From an uncultured Verrucomicrobiota bacterium (GTDB lineage: Bacteria; Verrucomicrobiota; Verrucomicrobiia; Limisphaerales; JAJXZI01), in contig CAINDV010000247.1 of the NCBI GenBank assembly GCA_903847485.1, positions 1 through 43,993 on the forward strand: a stretch of DNA of 43,993 nt, read 5' to 3'. Shown piece after piece: positions 7,602 to 15,185 of this stretch (position 1 is its first letter; each line of letters begins with the position of its first letter). The position numbers and the translations under genes were made by a program. The notes under the pieces were generated by a model. That model did no database searches. It was not told where the DNA came from and saw only the letters and a program-made list of their open reading frames with translations.

Positions 7602-9265
7602 CCTTGGATATCCTTTGTTGAGTTGAAATCTACACGTTGAATCCTGACTTCCTCCGCCAGTTGTGGGCTTCGGTAGCAGATGCCAGCCATCTGGGCTTCG
7701 GAGCAGTAAAACTCAGCTTCGGCAAGCGCCTGGCTTCGGTAGCGCCTCCATGCTTCACGCGCAATGGGAGCAAGCACTACCGGCCAACCACTGCGCTCGT
7801 AGTAGGGTGCTGACAGTCTTGGCTCGATGGCTGCGACCGGTGCGTATTCACCTTCGCACTTCCGGCAGATGGCTTCGCCGTGGTCGAGCGCACTGTCGGG
7901 ATGCAGCCCGGCATATAGGAAGGCAATGGCGAACCATGCACGCTTGAAATCATCAGGCGCGACTCGTCTAAGAGTCGTGGGCGGCATGTCGAGGAGTGGG
8001 CGCAACCATTCTACAGCCTGCTCCTCTGTGGCGGGAAGCGGCGCGATTTCAAACGGGATAACTTGGTTGGCTGGCTGGGTGGCAGCAGTCAGGAAATCAC
8101 GGATTTCCTCGCCAACAGCTTCCGCCACCAACGGCGGCACCGCGTTGCCGATCAGGCGGAACTGGTGTGTGCGTGCCACCGGGAACGCGAACCAGTCCGG
8201 GAACGTCTGGATGCGTGCCGCTTCGCGTGGAGTAAGGGAGCGGTTCTGAGTTGGGTGGATGAACATCAGGCCGTCCTTGCTCAAGTGGGCAACGATGGTT
8301 GAGCAAAGTTCTTCCCGGTGCTGGCGCTTGTAGCGGTCCTTGAAACAGGAGCGTTTGTAGAGAAACTCCATCTTCTCGCCACGAGCCTCCGCCTCGCCAC
8401 TGTGCTCACCCTCGCGCAGCCGGGCAAAGTCGCGCAGGTCCTTTTCGTTGTGCGGTCGGGCGCGGTGAGCCGTCAGGCGTGGGGCACGGTCAATCTCCAA
8501 GACCGTTTGCAGGTAGTGCCGGGCTTTCTCTCCGCGCTCGGCGAAGAACACTTCTCGTAGCAGGAGGTCGTAGTCAGTTTCTTCGTTCCCTTCGCCAGCC
8601 AGCAATTCCGGGAGGTCGCCGATGGCATCCCACAAGTTTCGCGCCAGATGGTCACCCACGCGAGAGGCAGGCCGCAACTCGCCGGCAAAGTATCCCGGTA
8701 CGTCGTTGCGGACGCCAATGACAAGCTGGCGGCGGCGTTTCTGGGGCACGCCAAGGAACCGCGCCTCCTCAACCTGGGCCTGCACTCGGTAGCCCAGATT
8801 CCGAGCCTCCGCTTGAACCAACGTGAAGAACTTGCCTTTGGCGGCACTCTGAAGGCCCATGACGTTTTCTATCACGAAGACGCGAGGCCGAAAGGCCGCC
8901 ACGTAATCAAGAAAGTAGCGGAAGAGGTAGCGTCGCTTGTCGCGCCGCACGCGTGGACCGTGATTGGCCGCATCCACCTGGCGCACGGTGCTGAAGCCCT
9001 GGCAGGGCGGCCCCCCAACGATGACATCCACCGTGTTGACCCCGATCTTCGCGGCGAGTTTGTCCGGGGAAAACCGGGACAAATCCTTACGGAAGGCTCT
9101 TGTTTCCTTGCTGAAGTTAGCCTTGAACGTGGCGATGGCTTCCTTGTTGAAATCAATTGCGGCAAGACACCTGAAACGGGCGCGCTCCATACCAAGGGTG
9201 AAGCCACCACAACCGCAGAAGAGGTCGAGGCAGGTCAGAGACTGGGGTGTCTTGTCCGTGGGCAT
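7598..9265 (-). CDS. dcm: DNA (cytosine-5)-methyltransferase with a ~155-aa uncharacterised C-terminal extension
   Basis: 555-aa ORF. Motif I LDLFCGCGGFTLG, motif IV GGPPCQGFS, motif VI VIENVMGL, then RIQTFPDWF and motif X GNAVPPLVA. About 155 further residues follow motif X. Confidence 0.92.
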   Translation of the reverse strand: MPTDKTPQSLTCLDLFCGCGGFTLGMERARFRCLAAIDFNKEAIATFKANFSKETRAFRKDLSRFSPDKLAAKIGVNTVDVIVGGPPCQGFSTVRQVDAANHGPRVRRDKRRYLFRYFLDYVAAFRPRVFVIENVMGLQSAAKGKFFTLVQAEARNLGYRVQAQVEEARFLGVPQKRRRQLVIGVRNDVPGYFAGELRPASRVGDHLARNLWDAIGDLPELLAGEGNEETDYDLLLREVFFAERGEKARHYLQTVLEIDRAPRLTAHRARPHNEKDLRDFARLREGEHSGEAEARGEKMEFLYKRSCFKDRYKRQHREELCSTIVAHLSKDGLMFIHPTQNRSLTPREAARIQTFPDWFAFPVARTHQFRLIGNAVPPLVAEAVGEEIRDFLTAATQPANQVIPFEIAPLPATEEQAVEWLRPLLDMPPTTLRRVAPDDFKRAWFAIAFLYAGLHPDSALDHGEAICRKCEGEYAPVAAIEPRLSAPYYERSGWPVVLAPIAREAWRRYRSQALAEAEFYCSEAQMAGICYRSPQLAEEVRIQRVDFNSTKDIQG

Positions 9266-9615
9266 GAGCTGAGTTCGCTCGCGTGCGAATCAGCCCTGTG
9301 TGGTGACTGTCTCTGTGGGTCTCTGGTGCCTGAAAAGAAATGGGACGCATTTACTTACGCCCCAACACAGGCACCTAGGAGGGCCCACAAGAGAACGCTT
9401 TCGATGCGCCCCGGGTGGGGCGCACTTCAAGCGCTGTGTCTTGTCGAAATTTCCTAGGTTTCGTGTTGGACAGCAGCCGAAGCTACGCGAAATCAAATTG
9501 TGTTGTCGTTATCTCATTCGTTTCTTGCGAACGCAGTCAGCCTATCGCAACCGTTGCACCGGTGGCAACAGGTTCTCCCGCAAACTTGCGGGGAAAGTCT
9601 TTTCTAGCGGCGGTA

Positions 9616-10023
9616 TCATGCCAGCCAGTTGATCTTGATCTCCTTCTCTACCGCCTTGAACTCCGGGTCGCCGGTGACGAGTTCGGCGTTTTTCTGTTTG
9701 GCCAGCGCGGCGGCGAAACAGTCGGCGTAGGCCACCTTGTGCGTGGCTTTGAAGATGGCAGCTTGTTTGACCAGCGCCAGGTCGTCGCTCACGCCGATGA
9801 TGTCAATGGGCAGCGCGGCGATCTCGTGGGCTTTCTGCTCGGCGGCCTCCTGGGACACCTCGCGCATGGTGTTGTAATAGACCTCGCCCCAGTTCACCAC
9901 GCTCATCAGGAGCTTGTGCTTCTCGTCGGCGGCCTGCTGAAGCAGCTTCTCCACGGCGTCCGCCGCCGGTTCGTCCTCAAAGAAGGCGATCAGCGCCCAG
10001 CTATCCAGAACCTTGGTGGCCAT
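9616..10023 (-). CDS. vapC: PIN-domain ribonuclease toxin (VapC-like)
   Basis: 135-aa ORF. It has an N-terminal acidic-residue start (KVLDSWALIAFFEDE) and a C-terminal ...AYADCFAAALAKQKNAELVTGDPEF, typical of PIN toxins. It starts 1 nt after the upstream antitoxin ORF. Confidence 0.8.
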   Translation of the reverse strand: MATKVLDSWALIAFFEDEPAADAVEKLLQQAADEKHKLLMSVVNWGEVYYNTMREVSQEAAEQKAHEIAALPIDIIGVSDDLALVKQAAIFKATHKVAYADCFAAALAKQKNAELVTGDPEFKAVEKEIKINWLA

Positions 10024-10024
10024 G

Positions 10025-10270
10025 TCAAAGCTCCTGTTCGCGTTTGCGGTTTTCCATCAATGCCTTCATCACGCCGCTACCCTTGAGCGAGCCGCGCAGG
10101 TTCTTGATGTAGGTGCGGGTGACGGGCTTGATGAGGATGCCCTGCGGGGTGGATTGCACGTAGGCGCGGGTGCCCTCCTCGATTTCAAACTCCCGGCGGA
10201 GCCAGCGAGGAATGACGACCTGGCCCTTCACCGAGAAGTAAACCGTATCTGTCTTAGTTGCCGTTGACAT
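10025..10270 (-). CDS. vapB: AbrB/SpoVT/MazE-family antitoxin (VapB-like)
   Basis: 81-aa ORF. The swapped-hairpin motif [25 protein letters not shown]...GILIKP is typical of AbrB-type antitoxins. It lies directly upstream of the PIN gene. Confidence 0.8.
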   Translation of the reverse strand: MSTATKTDTVYFSVKGQVVIPRWLRREFEIEEGTRAYVQSTPQGILIKPVTRTYIKNLRGSLKGSGVMKALMENRKREQEL

Positions 10271-10276
10271 GGATAT

Positions 10277-10304
10277 AGGATACCAATAGTGTTTGGTAAG
10301 TCAA
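10277..10304 (-). promoter_or_regulatory. Putative sigma70-like promoter with an overlapping palindromic operator for the vapBC pair
   Basis: Minus strand reads TTGACT (10304-10299), 16 nt, TATCCT (10282-10277), ending ~7 nt before the ATG. This implies a near-leaderless transcript. The inverted repeat TACCAA-N6-TTGGTA (10281-10298) fills the spacer. The patch is locally AT-rich. Confidence 0.3.
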
Positions 10305-10395
10305 TATCTATTTTGTCATACTTCCGGGAGAATGTGCCGCCCCTGCGGCTCATCGCCTCCCGCCTTTCGTTGCGCCGGTCGGCCCCGTCGTCTGG

Positions 10396-10584
10396 CTGGG
10401 TGTGGAAGCCGATTTGCCGGCGGGGCGGCTCCGGTTCCGGCGGCGGGTCGAGGAGGCGCATGAGGCGCTGGAGCACGTCCACGATGGCGGCTTCGGGGTC
10501 GTCCAGCCGGGCGGTGAGCTTGGCTTCCAGCGCCTTCAACTGGCGGGCCAGTTCCTGGGTGCCGCCCAGCAGTCTCGCTGGGAT
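10396..10584 (-). pseudogene. ORF6N/KilA-N-family C-terminal remnant
   Basis: The translation ...[51 protein letters not shown] resembles the conserved C-terminal tail of ORF6N-domain proteins, as I recall it. No N-terminal domain is present, and it is fused in frame to the helicase remnant. Confidence 0.45.
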
Positions 10585-10614
10585 TGTGCAATCCCGGTTG
10601 CGGAGTGTTTGATT

Positions 10615-10800
10615 GGGCGCATCGCGATTCACCGAGGCATCGCCGGTGGACAGGCCCACATTGTCCGGCCCGAACTCACGGCACAGCGCCATGAACTTCT
10701 CGTTGACCAGCGATTTGCCCGAACCGGTGGGCGTGTTCAGGATGACGTTCTTGTCCTCGAACAACTCCAGCACCGACTCCCCCTGCGCCGGGTATAGCGG
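10615..10800 (-). pseudogene. Remnant of the SF2 helicase 5' end (codons ~34-120 with a 25-codon deletion)
   Basis: [59 protein letters not shown] aligns to helicase residues 34-120. It lacks [25 protein letters not shown] (residues 66-90, which include motif Ia). The match ends abruptly after RDAP. Confidence 0.8.
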
Positions 10801-11209
10801 GTTCATCCGAGAGGTTTGTTCATGGGATGCCATTTCGCGTTATATCAACCACTTAGGTGCGGCTCAGCCGCTCGAAGTGTCGGCGGGCGGTGGTCTGGCT
10901 CAACACCGCGTCCAACGCACTTGTTTGCGCTTCCCTTTGGCTGTCAGCTCAACATTTTGGACCCGAATTCCGAAGTTGCCGGCGGCACAAAGTAGCGCAG
11001 GCATCCTGCCTGAGAGGGAAGCGCGGGCCGCCAGCCGGCGGCTCATTCTTTTGCGGGAAAGGCGCGTCAGCCGACCGGCACAGATGCCTGTCCTACAACC
11101 CCGGCTGGAAGCCCGTGCTGCTTCCATTTCGAAATTCGGGTTGAAATCAAAGCGCAAAATGTCCCTGCCCGCGCCTTGCTCCGGGGAGTGGAACGTGTAG
11201 CATCGTTGG

Positions 11210-14200
11210 GTGTTCGTTTGCCTGAGACTCTGGTTGAGCGTGGCGCTTCTCACGGGAAGCCATCTGCGCCTGTCGGCGGCCTCCGTGGCCGAAGTGGCGG
11301 AGGGTGAGTGGTTGGCGCGCACCTGGCAGACGGACGAGGGCCTGCCGGACAACAACATCACGGGGTTGGCGCAGACGGCCGACGGCTATCTGTGGGTAGC
11401 TACGCTAGGCGGGTTGATGCGTTTTGATGGGGCGCGATTCGAGGAGTTTTTCACGATGCATCTCCCGCGCGTCGTCAACCGCAATGTGCGGAAGATGTAC
11501 TTGGACCGGCGTGGCGCGCTTTGGCTGGTGATGGATCGTGGCGCGGTGATCCGGGTCGGCGCGGCGGCGGCGCGGGTGTTTGACGTGAACGATGGGTTCC
11601 CGGGTTCGCGGGTGACGGTGGTGGCCGAAGATGACGAGGATGGCGTTTGGTTCGTTGCCGGAAACGAGGTCTGCCGCATCCGGAGAGACAAGGTGGACCG
11701 TTTCGGCGCGGAGGAGGGTTTGCCGGCCGGCGGGAATACTTGGCTGGCGACAGGTGGGCGTGGGCAACTGTGGTTCGCCCGCGGCTCGCAAGTGGGGGTG
11801 TTCCGCGACGGTCGCTGGCTAACCTTGCTGACGCTCGATTCCGGCCCGGTGCGTCTCCTTGCGGCGCGCGCGGGCGGCCCGTGGATCTGCACGGCGGCGC
11901 AGGTTCTTAAGTTCATCGAGGGCAGCGCGCCACAGGTGCTTGCGCAACTGCCCGAGCGAGTGACCGTGCGGGTGATGCTGGAGGACAACACGGGAGCTTT
12001 GTGGATTGGCACGGGCGCGGATGGGCTGCTGCGCTTGCGGGAGAAGGAGCTGGTGCCCCTGGCGGTCTCGCACCCTGAAATCTCGGCGCTGACGGAGGAC
12101 CGCGAAGGCAACTTATGGGTCGGCACAGCGGGCGGTGGGTTGAATCTGTTGCGGCCCCGGACCATGGAACTGATCACTACGAAAGCGGGCCTGCCTTTTG
12201 AATCCGTGCGTTCGGTCTGCCAGGATGCGGAGGGCTGGGTCTGGGCGGCCCTGCAAAACGGTTCGCTGGCACGCGGGCGCGGCACTCAGTGGCAGGCCGT
12301 GACCAGCGCGGAGGGCTGGCCTGGTGGTGACGCTACCTGTGTCGCTCCCGCCCGTGACGGGGGTGTTTGGATCGGCACCCACGGTCGCGGCCTGCAGCGA
12401 TGGCACGCGGGCAAGGTCTTGGAATGGGGGCGACCGGAAGGCTTGGGCAGTCAGAACGTGCGCTCGTTACTACAGGCCACCAATGGCGCTTTGTGGGTCG
12501 CGACGGATTCGCCCAGCCGCTTGTATTGGTTCCAGGACGGTGCCTTCCACGAACTGCCGCTGCCGGCGCGGGTGCGGGCCATCCGCGCGCTGGCCGAGGG
12601 CGTGTCGGGCACGATCTGGGCCGGGACTTCCGACGGCCAGATTTTACGGGTGGCTGGAGATACTGTCGTGAATGAAGTAGAAGCCCAAGCCGGGCCGCCG
12701 TATTCCGTGCGTTGTTTGCACACCACGGCGGACGGCAGTCTCTGGATCGGCTATGCCGGTTGGGGCGTTGGGCGCTGGCACGACGGGCACTACGCCCGCA
12801 TCAGCACAGCGCAAGGGTTATATGATGATTACGTTTCCCAGATGCTTTCCGACGGGCAAGGCGGACTGTGGCTGACCGGCAACCACGGTTTGTTCAAAGC
12901 GCGGCTGGAGGAACTGGTGGCTGTGGCCGAGGGGCAGCGCGAGCACCTGCGTTCGATCGCATACGGCCGGAGTGAAGGCCTGCCGAGCCTGCAACCGTAT
13001 TGCGAAAACAGCCCCGCCGCGTGGTGGAGCGCTGACGGCCAGCTTTGGTTCGCCACGCGCAATGGATTGCTGATGGTGCAGCCGGAAAAGATCCGGGCCA
13101 ATCCCACGCCGCCACCCGTGTTGCTGAACGAGGTGAAGGTGGACGATCACCGGGTGGCGCTCTATGACAGTCAGTCGCCGCTCCGGGCGCTGGACGAAGC
13201 GAAGCTGACGGATTTGCGCCCGCCCGGCGTGGAACTGCAGTTACTTCCCGGTCACGGCAAGCTGGAGTTTGCCTTCACCGCGTTGAGTTTCAACTCGCCG
13301 GAGAACGTTCATTTCCGCTACCGCTTGAAAGGTTTCGACACGGAGTGGATGGAGGCCGGCACCCAACGAAGCGCCAAGTATCCCCGCCTGCCGGCGGGGC
13401 GTTACGAGTTCGAGGTCACGGCCTGCAACGAGGCCGGCGTGTGGAACGAGACGGGCTTCCGTCTCCCCTTCACCGTGCCACCGTTTTTCTGGCAGACGTG
13501 GTGGTTTCGCCTCGGAGCGCTGGCCGCTTTCACCGGCAGCGTCGCCGGTCTGGTGCGCTATTTCTCCTTCCGCCGGCTGCAGCGCGAACTCGAACAGCTC
13601 GCACGCCAGGCGGAGTTGCAGAAGGAACGCGCACGCATCGCCCGGGACATGCACGACGAAGTCGGCGCGAAACTTTCGCGCCTCTCGCTCTTGAGTGAAA
13701 TGGCCAGTCAGCAACCCGGCCTGCCGCCCTCGGCGCGCGGCGATGTGCGCGAGATTTCGGAAACCGCGCGCGACACCATCCGGTCCTTCGAGGAGATCGT
13801 CTGGTCGGTGAATCCGAAGAACGATTCGCTGGCGGATCTGGTTCATTACCTGTGCCGCTTCGCGGAAGAGTTCTTCGAGGGCAGCGACGTACAGTGCGCC
13901 TTTGAACTGCCGGACCAACTGCCGGACGCCGAACTGCCCACGGAACTGCGCCACCACGTCTTTTTGGCGGCGAAGGAGGCGCTTAACAACGCGTTCAAGC
14001 ATGCGCAGGCGCGACAGGTCTGGGTCCGGCTCAAACTGGCCGGCACCGGATTTGAAATCGAGATCGAAGACGACGGACAGGGATTTGCGGGTGCCGGGCC
14101 AGCGGGTCGCGTCGGGACAGGCAATGGCCTGGAAAACATGCGCGAGCGGATGCGCTTGGTAGGCGGACGGTTGGCCTTGCAAACCCAGCCGGGCAAAGGC

Positions 14201-14248
14201 ACGCGAGTAACCTTGCAGGTGCCCGGTCCGCAGTTGAGCCCGGCATGA
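11210..14248 (+). CDS. Sensor histidine kinase with periplasmic two-component-regulator propeller repeats and a Y_Y_Y domain (NarL-class HisKA_3 kinase)
   Basis: 1012-aa ORF. Repeated ...G.LWVGT/LWIGT... propeller blades, Y_Y_Y-like FRYRLKGFDTEWMEAG, TM segment WWFRLGALAAFTGSVAGLV, H box ARDMHDEVGAKLS, N box EALNNAFKHA, G boxes DDGQGF and GNGLENMRER. Confidence 0.9.
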   Translation: MFVCLRLWLSVALLTGSHLRLSAASVAEVAEGEWLARTWQTDEGLPDNNITGLAQTADGYLWVATLGGLMRFDGARFEEFFTMHLPRVVNRNVRKMYLDRRGALWLVMDRGAVIRVGAAAARVFDVNDGFPGSRVTVVAEDDEDGVWFVAGNEVCRIRRDKVDRFGAEEGLPAGGNTWLATGGRGQLWFARGSQVGVFRDGRWLTLLTLDSGPVRLLAARAGGPWICTAAQVLKFIEGSAPQVLAQLPERVTVRVMLEDNTGALWIGTGADGLLRLREKELVPLAVSHPEISALTEDREGNLWVGTAGGGLNLLRPRTMELITTKAGLPFESVRSVCQDAEGWVWAALQNGSLARGRGTQWQAVTSAEGWPGGDATCVAPARDGGVWIGTHGRGLQRWHAGKVLEWGRPEGLGSQNVRSLLQATNGALWVATDSPSRLYWFQDGAFHELPLPARVRAIRALAEGVSGTIWAGTSDGQILRVAGDTVVNEVEAQAGPPYSVRCLHTTADGSLWIGYAGWGVGRWHDGHYARISTAQGLYDDYVSQMLSDGQGGLWLTGNHGLFKARLEELVAVAEGQREHLRSIAYGRSEGLPSLQPYCENSPAAWWSADGQLWFATRNGLLMVQPEKIRANPTPPPVLLNEVKVDDHRVALYDSQSPLRALDEAKLTDLRPPGVELQLLPGHGKLEFAFTALSFNSPENVHFRYRLKGFDTEWMEAGTQRSAKYPRLPAGRYEFEVTACNEAGVWNETGFRLPFTVPPFFWQTWWFRLGALAAFTGSVAGLVRYFSFRRLQRELEQLARQAELQKERARIARDMHDEVGAKLSRLSLLSEMASQQPGLPPSARGDVREISETARDTIRSFEEIVWSVNPKNDSLADLVHYLCRFAEEFFEGSDVQCAFELPDQLPDAELPTELRHHVFLAAKEALNNAFKHAQARQVWVRLKLAGTGFEIEIEDDGQGFAGAGPAGRVGTGNGLENMRERMRLVGGRLALQTQPGKGTRVTLQVPGPQLSPA

Positions 14249-14252
14249 AGGC

Positions 14253-14272
14253 TTGTCCACACTTCATCCGAC
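14253..14272 (+). promoter_or_regulatory. Copy 1 of the conserved TTGTCCACACTNNAYCCGAC box (upstream of the response regulator)
   Basis: ttgtccacacttcatccgac begins 5 nt after the kinase stop codon and ~120 nt before the regulator ATG. A TAGAAT -10-like hexamer lies ~25 nt downstream. Confidence 0.4.
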
Positions 14273-14392
14273 TCCCGCTGACGCCGCCGGGCGGTAGAAT
14301 GACGCGGCCAGAAGATGTCAAACGATGCGTCAACGCAGTGGGCGACGGAAGCGATGGTGGGGCCACTCCCCGCTGTGCTATGGGCTGAAGTC

Positions 14393-15028
14393 ATGATCAA
14401 TGTCTCCATAGTGGAAGACGATGCGATGCTGCGCGCCACGCTGGAGCGTTACCTGGCGACCCAACCCGGCTTCCGGTGCGTCAGCACTTATCCCAACGCC
14501 GAGGCGGCGCTGGCCGGCATTCCCAACGTGAATCCCGACGTGGTGCTGATGGACATCAACCTGCCCGGACTCAACGGCATTGATTGTGTCGCCCGGCTGC
14601 GCCAGCAAATGCCCGCGCTGAAGATCATCATGCTGACCGTGTTCGAGGAGAGCGAGCAGGTGTTCAAGGCGCTGTCGGCGGGGGCGTTCGGCTATCTCGT
14701 CAAGAGCAGCCGTCCGGCAAAGATCTTGGAGGCCATCCGCGAGGTGCGGGCCGGCGGCTCGCCGATGTCCGGCAACATTGCGCGCAAGGTGGTGCAATCC
14801 TTCCAGGCGCAGGCGGCGGCGCAGGCGGCGACGCGGGCCGAAACCGATACGCTCTCCGCGCGTGAACTGGAAGTGTTACAGGCGCTCTCGAAAGGCCACC
14901 CCTACAAACAAATCGCCGCCGACCTCGGCATCAGCCTGGGCACCGTGCGCACCTACATCCAGCGCACCTATGAGAAACTACACGTCCACAGCCATGCCGA
15001 GGCCGTCATGAAATTCGCGCGCAAGTAA
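14393..15028 (+). CDS. NarL/LuxR-family response regulator (REC + HTH)
   Basis: The receiver domain has VVLMDINLPGLNG (phospho-acceptor Asp) and the LuxR HTH is LSARELEVLQALSKGHPYKQIAADLGISLGTVRTYIQRTYEKL. The ORF track starts at 14315. The ATG at 14393 (MINVSIVEDD) fits receiver-domain N-termini better. Confidence 0.9.
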   Translation: MINVSIVEDDAMLRATLERYLATQPGFRCVSTYPNAEAALAGIPNVNPDVVLMDINLPGLNGIDCVARLRQQMPALKIIMLTVFEESEQVFKALSAGAFGYLVKSSRPAKILEAIREVRAGGSPMSGNIARKVVQSFQAQAAAQAATRAETDTLSARELEVLQALSKGHPYKQIAADLGISLGTVRTYIQRTYEKLHVHSHAEAVMKFARK

Positions 15029-15043
15029 GGCCGGCCGCGCCAC

Positions 15044-15089
15044 CCCGGCGGGCCGCTGGCTGTCCACACTTTATCCGACATGACGGGCC
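15044..15089 (+). promoter_or_regulatory. Copy 2 of the conserved box (46-nt version) upstream of giant gene 1
   Basis: cccggcgggccgctggctgtccacactttatccgacatgacgggcc matches 18738-18783 at ~39-40 of 46 positions. It lies ~97 nt before the 15186 start. Patchy similarity continues downstream (gtcgcc..atgcaaagca..catcaatc..ccggtgcc). Confidence 0.45.
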
Positions 15090-15185
15090 TGTGAGAACGT
15101 GAAACTCTGTCGCCATGCAAAGCAAACATTCTACATCAATCCGGTGCCACCAGTTGGCGCCGTCAGTCGTTAAACACTTCAACCT

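Larger units (their letters stand above)
3732..10833. other. Defence-island-like insertion bounded by the intact helicase 5' end and a diverged helicase 5' remnant
   Basis: Nucleotides 3372-3632 (helicase codons ~34-120) recur at 10615-10800, at roughly 85-90% identity judged by eye, with a 75-bp in-frame deletion. The interval carries dcm...vsr, vapBC and an ORF6N-like remnant. No integrase is seen. Confidence 0.45.

Noticed and set aside
8648-9457. 269-aa plus-strand ORF spanning the dcm 5' region and part of the upstream leader.
   Set aside because: It is antisense to the motif-rich methyltransferase N-terminus and has no recognisable domain. It is a shadow ORF.
10228-10833. 201-aa ORF that might be annotated as a small helicase-like protein.
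   Set aside because: It is a chimera of a helicase 5' remnant (missing motif Ia and everything after motif Ib) and an ORF6N-like tail. Its 3' end runs 43 nt into the antitoxin gene. I treat it as two pseudogene fragments.
10962-10976. The 15-mer cccgaattccgaagt is shared with 30468-30482, next to the IS4 remnant. It could be a solo IS terminal repeat.
   Set aside because: The similarity does not extend on either side. About one to two exact 15-mer matches are expected by chance in a 44-kb window counted on both strands.
15044-15089. I tried to read the conserved box as a sigma-54 (GG-N10-GC) or sigma-70 (-35/-10) promoter.
   Set aside because: No GC dinucleotide lies at the right spacing after the TGG. 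No -10-like hexamer lies 16-18 nt after TTGTCC in any copy. The box is therefore kept as an unspecified regulatory element.
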